The notes beneath the pieces are model-generated. The model worked only from the letters and a program-made list of their open reading frames with translations. It did not search any database and was not told where the DNA came from. Source: Candidatus Woesearchaeota archaeon (lineage in GTDB: Archaea > Nanobdellota > Nanobdellia > Pacearchaeales > UBA284). From it: a stretch of 64,000 nucleotides of DNA. The DNA is taken from NCBI GenBank assembly GCA_964396475.1, contig CAYNFE010000003.1, forward strand, positions 26,588 to 90,587. Direction: 5' to 3'. Below, in pieces: positions 17,975 through 28,103 of this stretch (the stretch's first letter is position 1; every line of letters starts with the position of its first letter). A program made the position numbers and the translations under genes.

Positions 17975-19202
17975 ATCTCAAAGCCTCAACTGGCTGGAGT
18001 CTTGCTGCTCTCCTTGCGGGGAAAATTCCTGAAAGAACACCTATGACAATTGAAAATACTAAGGCGAATATTATGAGAGTAGGAGTTATAGAAATAAAAG
18101 ATGTTCTAAACATTGCTCCTCTAAGGAAAAAAGCAGCTATTTGACCTATTGCTCCAGAAATAATAAAGCCAACAAACAAACCAAGAATACCCCCAACTAA
18201 TCCAATAAGAGCAGACTCTACAAGGAAAAGATTCATAACTTCTTTATTTGTCATTCCTAAAGATTTTAAAATTCCTATCTGTCTGGTTCTTTCTGTAACT
18301 GAAGTGAACATTGTATTGGCTATTCCAACAGCTCCAACAATTAAAGAAATAGCAGCTATTCCATAAAGGAAAAGATTTATTGTGTTCATAATGTTCAAAA
18401 CCATTTCTGATATTGTTTCTGGTGTAAGAACAGTAAAATCAATATTTTCCTCATTAACATGTCTTGAAATCATTAGTTTTTCCTTAATTCTTTCAGCAAT
18501 TTCCTCTGTCCTCTCTGATTCTACTTTTATTTCTATAGCATAATAATTATCAACACCCATACCACCGGAATAAGGCTCCGCATCTTCTAGAGTAAGATAA
18601 ACAGACTGATCCTCATCTGAACCAAATCCCCCAAATTTCTCAAGAATTCCTATAACTCTAAAAGATTCACCTTCTATTTTTATGTTAGATCCTATTAAAA
18701 TTTCCTTATCAAAGGCTTCTTTTGCAATTGTATCTCCTAAAACAACTACACCACTATCTCCTTTTTTCAAAAACCTGCCTGATTCAATATTAGCTCTATT
18801 TCTGACTTTTACCCAGTTCTCATTCGTCCCATACATATACAAGGTCCTGTTTTGTTTTAGATAACTAACTTCTACAAAACCAAAAATATCTGGGGCAACA
18901 TGTAACACCCCCTCTACAGCCTCTGCAATCTCAACATCCCTATCATCTAACTCTCCTGCTTCTCTAGCATAAGCAGCCTGACCAATACCCATCTGGAAAG
19001 AAGAGCCTGCCATAACAAAAACAACATCTCCTCCTAAACTTCCTAATTCTGCTGAGATAGTCTCTTGCATTCCCTGTCCAACAGATACTATGGCAACTAT
19101 AGCGGCAACACCAATAATAACACCAATAATAGTCAACCAACTTCTCAAGCCCCTAGTTGTTAAATTATTTAAGGCAAACTTCAGTGAGTCATCAAATTTC
19201 AT
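17967..19202 (-). CDS. ABC transporter permease, FtsX/MacB-like
   Basis: N-terminal TM helix, a large extracytoplasmic domain and a C-terminal FtsX-type 3-TM bundle (LKSLGMTNKEVMNLFLVESALIG). It overlaps the ATPase gene by 8 nt. Confidence 0.88.
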   Translation of the reverse strand: MKFDDSLKFALNNLTTRGLRSWLTIIGVIIGVAAIVAIVSVGQGMQETISAELGSLGGDVVFVMAGSSFQMGIGQAAYAREAGELDDRDVEIAEAVEGVLHVAPDIFGFVEVSYLKQNRTLYMYGTNENWVKVRNRANIESGRFLKKGDSGVVVLGDTIAKEAFDKEILIGSNIKIEGESFRVIGILEKFGGFGSDEDQSVYLTLEDAEPYSGGMGVDNYYAIEIKVESERTEEIAERIKEKLMISRHVNEENIDFTVLTPETISEMVLNIMNTINLFLYGIAAISLIVGAVGIANTMFTSVTERTRQIGILKSLGMTNKEVMNLFLVESALIGLVGGILGLFVGFIISGAIGQIAAFFLRGAMFRTSFISITPTLIIFALVFSIVIGVLSGIFPARRAARLQPVEALRYE

Positions 19203-19211
19203 TTTCTAATA

Positions 19212-20081
19212 TTATTTTTTTCTTCTTTTTCTTAGAATTCTTAAAATCACAAATATAATAAGTATGCCAACGACACCAATAATAATATACAATAAAGATC
19301 TATAATCTGTAATTGCTCCTTTATCAGCTTCTTTTTCATATTTTGAAGCATTAAATATTACAGCTTTTTCAACTTCTCTCCTTATCCCTATTGAATCTGT
19401 ATAAGTAATTTTTACAATTAAAGCAGCATCTTCTTTTGGAATAACCTTAAACGAAGATACAGTATAATCGTCAGCATCTATACCTCCGACAATCTCTCTG
19501 TCTGAACCAATAATCTCAATAGAGCTTTGTTCAGGTAATATGACTGTAACAGAATTCGCATCTTGCTCACCTATATTTGATAATGCTATTGTTAAACTAT
19601 TGGTTTCATGAGAATAATCTTGGATAGCAATATCAAAATCTGTTTTAGGATCTTCTATTGTAATATTAAACTCTCTTTTGTAGTAATTAGTCCATCTACC
19701 TTCAGTGTTATAATTAAATCTTATAGATATCTCATTCTCACCATCTATAGCATCTTTATCAACCCTAATCTTATACTTGACAAAAACAGCATTTTCACCA
19801 TACTGAACTCCGCGAATTAGACCTAATCTTTTTGTGGCATCAGCACCAGGATCAAGAGCAAAAGGATATTCCGGTAATATCTCAACAACAACATCTTCTG
19901 CGTCCTGGCCTCCAGTATTTTCCAACTTAAAGACTAAATCAACATAATCATCTGGCTGTGCAGGATAAGGATCTTGATTAAGCAAATCCATTTCAAGATA
20001 AGTATATTTTTCATCTGCACTTACATTAATAATAAAAAATAAAAGAATTAATGCAAATAAAATAAATAATATTTTCCTCAT
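19212..20081 (-). CDS. Secreted beta-rich protein (COG1361/CARDB-like) with a C-terminal TM helix and basic tail
   Basis: Signal peptide, repeated Ig-like segments (LENTGGQDAEDVVVEI, LSNIGEQDANSVTVIL), C-terminal LLYIIIGVVGILIIFVILRILRKRRKK. First gene of the ABC operon. Confidence 0.6.
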   Translation of the reverse strand: MRKILFILFALILLFFIINVSADEKYTYLEMDLLNQDPYPAQPDDYVDLVFKLENTGGQDAEDVVVEILPEYPFALDPGADATKRLGLIRGVQYGENAVFVKYKIRVDKDAIDGENEISIRFNYNTEGRWTNYYKREFNITIEDPKTDFDIAIQDYSHETNSLTIALSNIGEQDANSVTVILPEQSSIEIIGSDREIVGGIDADDYTVSSFKVIPKEDAALIVKITYTDSIGIRREVEKAVIFNASKYEKEADKGAITDYRSLLYIIIGVVGILIIFVILRILRKRRKK

Positions 20082-20152
20082 TTTTTGTCCTTAATCACAT
20101 TAAAAGTCTTAGGTTTATAAAGTTTTATAAACATTCTTGGTTTTTTTCTTTT

Positions 20153-21526
20153 ATGTTAGACAAATTAGGAAATGTGTTGAAAAAAACTATGTCTAAGTTA
20201 GCTGGAGCTATCTTTATTGACAAAAGAATTATTGAGGATATTATCAAAGATTTAAAATACAGCTTATTAGAAGCAGATGTTGATACTAAAATTATTAATG
20301 AGTTAATAGATAAGATAAGGAAAAAAGCTTCTCAAAAGATAGCTGGCTTAGAGAAAAAAGAGCAACTCATTAAACTGATACATGATGAACTTGTTGAAAT
20401 TTTAGGAAAAGAAGAATATGAACTTAAGATTGACAAGAAAAAAAAGCCATTCAAAATCATGCTTCTTGGTTTATATGGTTGTGGTAAAACAACTACTGCA
20501 GCTAAGCTTGGATTTTATTATAGTAAAAGAGGTTTTAAGATTGCTTTAGTTGGTTTAGATGTTCATCGTCCTGCAGCTCCAGAACAATTAGAGCAACTTG
20601 CTAAAAAAGCTAATCTATCTTATCTGATTGACAAGGAAGAGAAGCAGGCTGGAAAAATATGGAAAAAATTTGAAAACAAGCTTAGTAAATACAATCTAGT
20701 CATTATTGACACAGCTGGAAGAGATGTTTTAAACAATGCCCTAATTAATGAACTTAAGGCCTTATATAGAGAAATAAAACCAGATATGGTGATTTTAGTC
20801 ATGCCTGCTGATATTGGAAAAGCTGCTTCAAATCAAGCTAGGGGTTTTAATAAGACTGGAAAAATTGATGGTGTCATTATAACTAGACTAGATGGGACAG
20901 CAAAAGGTGGTGGTGCTCTAATCAGTTGTGCAGAGACAGGAGCTAAAATAATTTTTATCGGAACAGGGGAAAAATTACAAGACATAGAAACTTTTGATCC
21001 TGATTCTTTTGTTTCTCGCTTATTAGGAATGGGTGATCTTAAATCATTATTAAAGAAAGCAAAACTGGTTATTGAAGAGAAAGAAAAAAAGAAAATAGAG
21101 ACAAGACTTGAAGAGGGAAAATTCACCTTATCAGATTTATATGATCAGATCAAAGCTATGCAATCAATGGGACCTCTAGGAAAAATCGCTGAAATGATTC
21201 CTGGGTTAGGTGGGGTAAAAGCAAAGGCCCCTAACTTATTTGATGTTCAGGAAGCCAAGTTAAAAAAATGGAGATATGCTATAGATAGTATGACTCTAGA
21301 AGAAAGAGAAAATCCTGAAAAACTAAATTCCAACAGGATAGCTAGAATTGCTAAGGGAAGTAATGTTTCAACTTCAGACATTAGAGGGATGATTAAACAG
21401 CACAAGATGGTCAAGGAATTAATGTCTAGTGCTGGTGGAATGAAAGGGAAAGGACTCGGACAAGGACAGATGGATAAAAAAACACTTCAAAAACTGGCAA
21501 AGAAATTTGGCAGAAAGATGTTTTAA
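20153..21526 (+). CDS. srp54: Signal recognition particle protein SRP54
   Basis: LLGLYGCGKTTTAAKL, DTAGR and TRLDGTAKGGGAL, plus a Met-rich M domain. Confidence 0.95.
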   Translation: MLDKLGNVLKKTMSKLAGAIFIDKRIIEDIIKDLKYSLLEADVDTKIINELIDKIRKKASQKIAGLEKKEQLIKLIHDELVEILGKEEYELKIDKKKKPFKIMLLGLYGCGKTTTAAKLGFYYSKRGFKIALVGLDVHRPAAPEQLEQLAKKANLSYLIDKEEKQAGKIWKKFENKLSKYNLVIIDTAGRDVLNNALINELKALYREIKPDMVILVMPADIGKAASNQARGFNKTGKIDGVIITRLDGTAKGGGALISCAETGAKIIFIGTGEKLQDIETFDPDSFVSRLLGMGDLKSLLKKAKLVIEEKEKKKIETRLEEGKFTLSDLYDQIKAMQSMGPLGKIAEMIPGLGGVKAKAPNLFDVQEAKLKKWRYAIDSMTLEERENPEKLNSNRIARIAKGSNVSTSDIRGMIKQHKMVKELMSSAGGMKGKGLGQGQMDKKTLQKLAKKFGRKMF

Positions 21527-21567
21527 TTTTTCTGTTTCTTAAATTCTTAACTTCTACTTAATGTATT

Positions 21568-22053
21568 CTATTTTCTTGTTAAAAGCCAAGAAATAAGCAT
21601 GGTTATTGCAACTAAAATAATGACACCAAGAACACTAGGTTGTAATAGAAATGCTTTTGGCCCAGACATGTACTTATTTATAATATCAGCAAAAACATAT
21701 ATTGCAGAAAATACAAAAATAACTATTAAAATTATTATTGTAAACCAAGCAAAACCTTTTCCTTTAAAAAAGTCTTCAATATTTCCTTTCAAAAGGCCTA
21801 CGATGAGTACAATGAAAAGTAATGAAATAATAAAAGCAGCAAACCAGGGTGTGATTACACTAACATAATCTATCGCACTAGCTGAAACAAGAAATATTAT
21901 AGCTATTGCAAAAGAAGTCAAGATATGAACAAACTTATTTTCTCCTAAAATTTGTGTCTTGCTGAGCAAAGCATAGACTACTGTAAAGACTAACAAGAAA
22001 CCAAATACTGGTATGAAAGTTGAAGCTCCACTTAAATCTAATACCCAAGCCAT
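21568..22053 (-). CDS. Polytopic membrane protein, paralog 3 of a tandem triplet
   Basis: Shares FLLVFTVVYALLSKTQILGENK with the two upstream genes. 4-5 TM helices. Confidence 0.65.
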   Translation of the reverse strand: MAWVLDLSGASTFIPVFGFLLVFTVVYALLSKTQILGENKFVHILTSFAIAIIFLVSASAIDYVSVITPWFAAFIISLLFIVLIVGLLKGNIEDFFKGKGFAWFTIIILIVIFVFSAIYVFADIINKYMSGPKAFLLQPSVLGVIILVAITMLISWLLTRK

Positions 22054-22089
22054 TTTTCTTTTTTCTTATTTTTATATTTTAAGATTAAG

Positions 22090-22614
22090 TTAAGGATTTT
22101 TAGCTTTATTTACACTAAACATTACAATTCCTATCATTGCAGCTACGACTAAAAGTAAGATAACCATAGCGCTGTTTGCCTGGAACCAGTACCAAAATCC
22201 TTCTCCTAACATCATTCTTAATAATCCTGATCTTGCAAGAACAAATAAGAATATCACTCCTCCAAAAATCCCAAATATCCATTTCCAGGTATTCTCTGTC
22301 GGTTTTAATGCCACCCCTAACAAAATAATCAATCCAAGCAAGATAGCGACACCTAGACCTAGATTTGAGAAGAAATACATGAAAAAACCACTCACATAAG
22401 GATTACTGACAGTGAAAAAACCTATAATCAAGGCTACGAGTAGATGTACCCCACGATTTTTGAAAAGATCAACTTTCTCAAGTATAGCAAAAACAACTGC
22501 AAAAACCAAGATTAATGGGAATAAGATAGTAAAAACACCAAACTGCTCCCACTGTTGTATTACTCCATAAAGATTTGTCCAAGCAAATGAACCATAGCCA
22601 TATCCATTAACCAT
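22090..22614 (-). CDS. Polytopic membrane protein, paralog 2 of a tandem triplet
   Basis: The motif PLILVFAVVFAILEKVDLFKNRG is shared with its neighbours. Confidence 0.65.
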   Translation of the reverse strand: MVNGYGYGSFAWTNLYGVIQQWEQFGVFTILFPLILVFAVVFAILEKVDLFKNRGVHLLVALIIGFFTVSNPYVSGFFMYFFSNLGLGVAILLGLIILLGVALKPTENTWKWIFGIFGGVIFLFVLARSGLLRMMLGEGFWYWFQANSAMVILLLVVAAMIGIVMFSVNKAKNP

Positions 22615-22675
22615 TTTTTCCTCTTTTATTCTGTTCTTATAAAAAAATTATGTTTTATATACTTTTCTTTTTATT

Positions 22676-23158
22676 TTACTTATTTTCTTTTTGATGGGTT
22701 GAAAGTATCAATCCTATGGCCCCACCAAAAATTGCTAAGAAAATTATTAACGCTATTATATCAGGACTCCAAGTTGCAGGAGTTATTAGATTAAAAAGTC
22801 CTGCTGCCCATGCTATTGAGGCTAGAATGGCTATACCAAATAAAATACCTAAAGCTATCTTCAAACCTTTATTCCCTGCTATACCTATAAAACCAAAAAT
22901 CAAAAAATAACCTAATAGAATGATTATCATTACAGCAAACAAAGGGATGAGTCTGATAGTAAAACCAACCAAAGACTGGGCTCCTATCCATATAAAACCA
23001 ATGACAGCAGCAACTATGATATTAGCATATCTTTTATCCTTTCCTAAAACACCTGTCTTTTCAAGAATTGCATAAACAACAACAAAAATTAACAAGAAAG
23101 GTAAAAGAATATTTATGAAAAAAGGATGCAGAAGTAAATTAGGGGTTTCTAAAGCCAT
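22676..23158 (-). CDS. Polytopic membrane protein, paralog 1 of a tandem triplet
   Basis: The motif PFLLIFVVVYAILEKTGVLGKDK is shared with its neighbours. Confidence 0.65.
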   Translation of the reverse strand: MALETPNLLLHPFFINILLPFLLIFVVVYAILEKTGVLGKDKRYANIIVAAVIGFIWIGAQSLVGFTIRLIPLFAVMIIILLGYFLIFGFIGIAGNKGLKIALGILFGIAILASIAWAAGLFNLITPATWSPDIIALIIFLAIFGGAIGLILSTHQKENK

Positions 23159-23178
23159 GATTATTTAAAAATTTGAAT

Positions 23179-23469
23179 TTATTCTACTAATTCTCCAGCC
23201 TCTTTCATTTCTTCTTCTCTTAAAGGGATAGCGCTCTTACTTATAATAACAACCTCACTTATTGCTTTAACATATTGATGTGGAATTATTAAACCACGAG
23301 CACCAGAAAGCAGCGAAGAAAGACTACTGTCCCGGGCAATCTTAACTCTCCAGCTGTCTATTTTATTTTCGACAACATTAGCTTCTTCTATAATGCCCAG
23401 ATAATCTCCAGAGTCTGTAAAAATTTTCATGCCAACCATGTCACTTATTCTCAGAATCTTCAATACCAT
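23179..23469 (-). CDS. PRC-barrel domain protein
   Basis: 96 aa. ISDMVGMKIFTDSGDYLGIIEEANVVENKIDSWRVKI is a typical PRC-barrel pattern. Confidence 0.7.
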   Translation of the reverse strand: MVLKILRISDMVGMKIFTDSGDYLGIIEEANVVENKIDSWRVKIARDSSLSSLLSGARGLIIPHQYVKAISEVVIISKSAIPLREEEMKEAGELVE

Positions 23470-23645
23470 CTTTTATAGCTTTTATATTAATTATTTAATT
23501 ACTGTTTAAAATCAAAAAGGCTTTAAATATTTTTTGTATATTTCTTTGCATATTTTTTAATTTTTTATATTTGGAAATCTTTTTATAATGTTTTTTCTTT
23601 TTTAATAGAGAAGATTAAAAAGAAGAAAAAAGAGGTAAGATAGTT

Positions 23646-25820
23646 ATGGTAAGAGAAGATGTTCGTAAATTTCTAAAAGAATATGAAGCTAAGATAGAAA
23701 AAGAATTAAAAGAAGAGATTTCTGAGGCTCCTGCTGCTTATTCCCGGGAATACAGGAGTTTTAGAAGAGAAACTCTTGCACCCCTCAATTCTTATGAAAG
23801 AGCCTGTAAAAGCATAGGAAGAATAATAAAACTAAAACTTTCAAAAAAAGATGAAGAGAAAACAAAGAGAGCCATAGAAAGAGCTCATCTTGATATCGAA
23901 CCAAGCGAGGCTGCCGGCCTAGCGATTTTTGCTTTAATTGCAACAATAATCCTAGCTTCCTTAATTTCCATGGTAATCTATTTTTTCACAGACACTTTTC
24001 CTTTTTTAATTTTTATACTCATATTTTTTGTATCCTTTTTCTTCTACTATTATCTAAATACTCTTCCAATGAGGATAGAACAAAAATGGCGCTTAAAAGC
24101 ATCCTCACAAATGGTTCCTTGTATCCTCTATATAATTGTTTATATGAGGCATACTTCAAATCTAGAAAGAGCTATCCATTTTGCATCCCAACACTTGCAG
24201 CCCCCTTTATCATTAGACTTAAAAAAGATTTTCTGGAATGTAGAGACTAGTAAATACAGCACAATAAAAGATGCTTTGGATGCTTATCTCGAAACATGGA
24301 GAGAGAAAAATCTTGAATTTGTAGAAGCTTTCCATCTAATAGAATCCTCTCTTTATGAACCCTCTGAAGCAAGACGTATAAAGATCCTAGAAAAATCTAT
24401 GGAAGTTATATTAGATAGAGTTTATGAAAAAATGTTGCATTACTCTCATGAAGTTAAGAGTCCTATTACAAATATCTATATGTTAGGTATAGTTCTTCCA
24501 ACTCTAGGCTTGGCTTTATTGCCTCTGGCTTCAACACTTTTGCAAGGGGCAATAAAATGGTATCATGTGGCTCTTTTATTTAACATAATTATTCCTTTCT
24601 TTGTTTTCTATATGACAAACAGTATCTTAAGTAAACGTCCTGGTGGCTTCGGGGAAACCGAACTTCTGGAAAGAAATCCTGAATACAAGACATATATATC
24701 AAGAAAACCATATGTCACAGCAGCCCTCATTACATTGCCTTTTTTCATAATAGGCTTTTTGCCTTTACTAATGCAGTATGGATTAGCCGATGTTATAGGT
24801 ATTCCTTCTGATTATAGTCTTGAACAGTTAGGGATGGGATTTTTAGGAAATCAAACACTATTCGACTTCAAAATAGATTCTGAGACTGGAGCAACAGTCG
24901 GTCCATTTGGGCCTATTGCCTTATTATTAAGTTTATTTATTCCTTTCTCAATAGCGATGTTTTTTGCAATAGCCTATAAGTTAAAAACACAAAAATTAGT
25001 AAAAACAAGAAATGAAACAAAAAGGCTTGAAAAAGAATTTGCTTCTAGTATCTTTCAGCTTGGAAACAGGCTTGCTGATGGAATTCCTGCTGAGATGGCC
25101 TTTGGAAGGGTCGCAAGATCCCTGAGAGGAACACCGACAGCCGGCTTCTTTAATCTTGTAAATAATAATATTCAACAAGCAGGGATGAGTATCAAAAGTG
25201 CTATATTTTCTGAAGGTCGTGGAGCAATAAACTATTATCCTTCTGAATTAATAAAAACTAGTATGAGAATTCTTATAGAAAGCTCAAAAAAAGGTCTTAG
25301 CGTAGCAGCAAAAGCATTGATGTCTATAAGTGATTACATTAAAAATATTCATAAAGTAAATGAAAGGCTCAAAGATCTTCTTGCTGATGTGACTACAGGG
25401 ATGAAAAGCAACATGACTTTTCTTGCTCCACTACTTGCAGCAATAGTAGTTGGATTGGCTTCAATGATAACTATGATTTTAGGTAGGTTAGAATTAATGA
25501 TATCAACAGGAGATATTACTGCTGAACAAAGTATGACAGGTTTTGGGACAGTAGGAACAGTAACAAGCATGTTCAATATAGCTAAAATGATTCCACCATA
25601 CTGGCTTCAAATCATAGTGGGAATATATATTGTTCAGATTATTTTTATCCTAACACAAACACTAGTCACAATCGAATCAGGAGAGGATAGATTAGGGGAG
25701 AAATCAGAAATAAGCAGAATGTTATTGACAGGAATGATTCTTTATACAATTGCTGCTTTTATAGCAATAATTGCTCTTGCAGTCCTCGCGATAGTATCAG
25801 TAAGTGGAATTATTGCCTAA
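23646..25820 (+). CDS. FlaJ/TadC/PilC-like polytopic membrane platform protein (T2SS-F-like domains)
   Basis: 724 aa. Two cytoplasmic helical regions are each followed by TM bundles: AIERAHLDIEPSEAAGLAIFALIA, and LEKEFASSIFQLGNRLADGIPAEMAFGRVARSL...YPSELIKTSMRILIESSKKG. Confidence 0.55.
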   Translation: MVREDVRKFLKEYEAKIEKELKEEISEAPAAYSREYRSFRRETLAPLNSYERACKSIGRIIKLKLSKKDEEKTKRAIERAHLDIEPSEAAGLAIFALIATIILASLISMVIYFFTDTFPFLIFILIFFVSFFFYYYLNTLPMRIEQKWRLKASSQMVPCILYIIVYMRHTSNLERAIHFASQHLQPPLSLDLKKIFWNVETSKYSTIKDALDAYLETWREKNLEFVEAFHLIESSLYEPSEARRIKILEKSMEVILDRVYEKMLHYSHEVKSPITNIYMLGIVLPTLGLALLPLASTLLQGAIKWYHVALLFNIIIPFFVFYMTNSILSKRPGGFGETELLERNPEYKTYISRKPYVTAALITLPFFIIGFLPLLMQYGLADVIGIPSDYSLEQLGMGFLGNQTLFDFKIDSETGATVGPFGPIALLLSLFIPFSIAMFFAIAYKLKTQKLVKTRNETKRLEKEFASSIFQLGNRLADGIPAEMAFGRVARSLRGTPTAGFFNLVNNNIQQAGMSIKSAIFSEGRGAINYYPSELIKTSMRILIESSKKGLSVAAKALMSISDYIKNIHKVNERLKDLLADVTTGMKSNMTFLAPLLAAIVVGLASMITMILGRLELMISTGDITAEQSMTGFGTVGTVTSMFNIAKMIPPYWLQIIVGIYIVQIIFILTQTLVTIESGEDRLGEKSEISRMLLTGMILYTIAAFIAIIALAVLAIVSVSGIIA

Positions 25821-26616
25821 TTTCAACCTCATGTCTCTGTGGAATCTTTTCCATTTCTATTTGAACAGGGATAAGAATATGATACTCTTGATTTAAGTAC
25901 GGAAGAAGTTGTGGAACATCTCTACCAAGAATATGATTCATATAAGAAGAATAAAAACTCTCACCAAAAATATTATGAAAATACTGTAAAATATCAAGAT
26001 TGGAAACCTTATCTATAAATTCCTCTGAATCTCTATAATCTGTCCTAAAAACAGCAGCTTCATTCCAATTATATTCAAAACCTAAATTCTTTTCTATAGA
26101 ATCAGGAAGTGGTTTGCTTAAAGGATTATTGATATGATTCAAAAGAACAAATAAAGGAAAATTAGCCTCATAAAAATTATAATCAGAACATTTTACCTCT
26201 ATTTTTGATATTTTTCTTTCATTATCCGTTGCAACACTAAATACAGACATTCCATTTTTATCTGTCATCGTATTATAAGGATAATAAAAAACATTTGAAC
26301 TTGAACCAATAAAATAATCCTCTCTTATGCTCTTATTCTCCTCTTTTAACTCTACCAATGCCCCCCTCAATGGCATTTTTGAATATTTATCTATTACCTG
26401 AATTCGAATAATAGGAACATCATTTTTAGAAAAATTTACCCTTCTAATTATCTCATTAAGATCTTCTCTGGAAATCCTCTGTTCTAGTTTTCCTTCCATC
26501 ATCTTTCTATCTTCTATCCCTTCTCCATAATTTTGTGCTAGAGTAAGAGATGGAGTCATTGCTAAAAAAAACGAAAATAATAGAGTTGGAAACTTCCTCA
26601 TTTTTTCCCTAGCCAT
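25810..26616 (-). CDS. Secreted hypothetical protein
   Basis: Signal peptide MRKFPTLLFSFFLAMTPSLTLAQ. Possible beta-sandwich segment IRIQVIDKYSKMPLRGALVELKE. Confidence 0.55.
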   Translation of the reverse strand: MAREKMRKFPTLLFSFFLAMTPSLTLAQNYGEGIEDRKMMEGKLEQRISREDLNEIIRRVNFSKNDVPIIRIQVIDKYSKMPLRGALVELKEENKSIREDYFIGSSSNVFYYPYNTMTDKNGMSVFSVATDNERKISKIEVKCSDYNFYEANFPLFVLLNHINNPLSKPLPDSIEKNLGFEYNWNEAAVFRTDYRDSEEFIDKVSNLDILQYFHNIFGESFYSSYMNHILGRDVPQLLPYLNQEYHILIPVQIEMEKIPQRHEVEIRQ

Positions 26617-26656
26617 TCAGATTAAATTTTTAAAGTTAAAATACTTTTTGTTTTTG

Positions 26657-26833
26657 ATGAAAAAAGGTAAAAGAAACATTAAAAATAAAAAAGGTCTAGT
26701 CTGGTCAGAAATAAGTTGGTGGGTTATGGGTTTAGTTGTTCTTGCTCTTGTAATAATCTTAATTATTATTTTACAAAAAAGAGGACTTGATATTTTAGAA
26801 CAGATTAAAACCTTTCTAAGGTTCGGGAGATAA
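26657..26833 (+). CDS. Small pilin-like protein (class III signal peptide)
   Basis: MKKGKRNIKNKKG/LVWSEISWWVMGLVVLALVIILIIIL. The ATG at 26657 is preferred over the TTG at 26648. Confidence 0.5.
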   Translation: MKKGKRNIKNKKGLVWSEISWWVMGLVVLALVIILIIILQKRGLDILEQIKTFLRFGR

Positions 26834-26838
26834 AAAAG

Positions 26839-27426
26839 ATGGAAATATGGCAGATAATCAGAGCAATAATTGCTGTGGTAGTTATCTTCGTTGTAATACT
26901 GATAGCTACAGGTTTTTTTAGGCCCCTCTATGAAGAATTGAGCAGGAAACCATTGACGACACAGGAGGAACAGCAAAACACAAATAATTTTGATGCTCTG
27001 ATAAGCAACATAGAAAAATGTTATATTATTGAAGATACTGAATGTGTATGTGATGGTCTTCCTAATTATCCAGGAAGTTTTGCCATAGGTTCAAAACTTA
27101 TTTTTGATGATTTGCCAGATAATAAAATACATGTTAATCTAACTCATAAGGATAAAACTTACAAAGAACACACCCTACAAGGTATAAAAATTGCTGGTAT
27201 TTTTTATGATACAAAAGTAGAAACCCCTTACAGAATTAAAAAAACTCTGGATTTTAGTAAAGAGCCTCCCTTGTTTAAACAAGAAGGGTCTAGAAAAGGA
27301 ATTTTATGGTGGACTAAGGATATATTAATAATAAGCTCCTTTATTTACAAAAAGGAAGATGGGATTTATTTTATTGTAGGATATGAAAAACCACCATTAG
27401 TGCAATTCAGGAAATGTGGAGAATAA
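26839..27426 (+). CDS. N-terminally anchored extracellular protein in the pilin cluster
   Basis: N-terminal TM helix IIRAIIAVVVIFVVILIATGFF, with no clear K-G cleavage motif. Cys pair CYIIEDTECVC. Confidence 0.55.
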   Translation: MEIWQIIRAIIAVVVIFVVILIATGFFRPLYEELSRKPLTTQEEQQNTNNFDALISNIEKCYIIEDTECVCDGLPNYPGSFAIGSKLIFDDLPDNKIHVNLTHKDKTYKEHTLQGIKIAGIFYDTKVETPYRIKKTLDFSKEPPLFKQEGSRKGILWWTKDILIISSFIYKKEDGIYFIVGYEKPPLVQFRKCGE

Positions 27427-27492
27427 AAAAGAAAACTTTTAAAAATAATTCATACTTTCTAAAATAGAATAAAAGAGGTAAATAAAATAAAA

Positions 27493-27852
27493 ATGGATAA
27501 GAAAGGTGTTGAATTGAATATTGCTACAATAGTTGTAGTAATTCTTGCTGTTCTTGTTCTAGTAATTCTTGCTTTGTATTTCACAGGAGGAATGAAAGCA
27601 CTTTGGGGACAAATTACACCTGTGCCAGGAGCATGGGACATAACCCAAGGAACTCAAGCTAGAGCAGCATGCACATTACTCTGTAGTGCACAGGATAAAA
27701 CAGCATTCTGTGAATATAGTGTATTGATAGACTTAAAAGATGAACAAGGGAATACTATAGCTACTGAAGAAAGAAAGTGTTGGGAAGATCCTATTAATGC
27801 AGACAAAGAATCAGAGTGTATATCTGCTGGTTTCAACGAAAACGCCTGTTAA
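27493..27852 (+). CDS. Archaeal type IV pilin-like protein (candidate major pilin) with a Cys-rich C-terminal domain
   Basis: MDKKG/VELNIATIVVVILAVLVLVILALYF, with its own TATA-like and AAGAGG signals upstream. Six Cys in the C-terminal half. Confidence 0.7.
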   Translation: MDKKGVELNIATIVVVILAVLVLVILALYFTGGMKALWGQITPVPGAWDITQGTQARAACTLLCSAQDKTAFCEYSVLIDLKDEQGNTIATEERKCWEDPINADKESECISAGFNENAC

Positions 27853-27858
27853 CAGAAA

Positions 27859-28035
27859 ATGAATAAGAAAGGTGTAGAACTTTCTATCAATACTATAATT
27901 ATAGTAATTCTTGCTGTCATTGCTCTCATTGTAATTATATTTATTTTCTCTGGAGCAATGAGGGGTTTTGCTTCTGACTTATTTACAAAATTAAAGAATG
28001 CTTTGGGATTATGGAATGCATCCCAGATTCAATAA
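27859..28035 (+). CDS. Short type IV pilin-like protein (58 aa), paralog of the preceding gene
   Basis: Not in the ORF track because it is under 60 aa. The translation is MNKKGVELSINTIIIVILAVIALIVIIFIFSGAMRGFASDLFTKLKNALGLWNASQIQ. The first ~25 codons are near-identical to 27493. Confidence 0.6.
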   Translation: MNKKGVELSINTIIIVILAVIALIVIIFIFSGAMRGFASDLFTKLKNALGLWNASQIQ

Positions 28036-28103
28036 CATTAAAATCAAATCACAAAATCACAGTTTAACCAAAATTTTAAATATTCTTTTTATATTATTCT
28101 TCC

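Noticed and set aside
26617-26976. A 119-aa reverse-strand ORF.
   Set aside because: It overlaps two + strand pilin-cluster genes that have clear signal-peptide architecture. Its own product has no features, and it directly abuts the 25810-26616 gene without a plausible start context.
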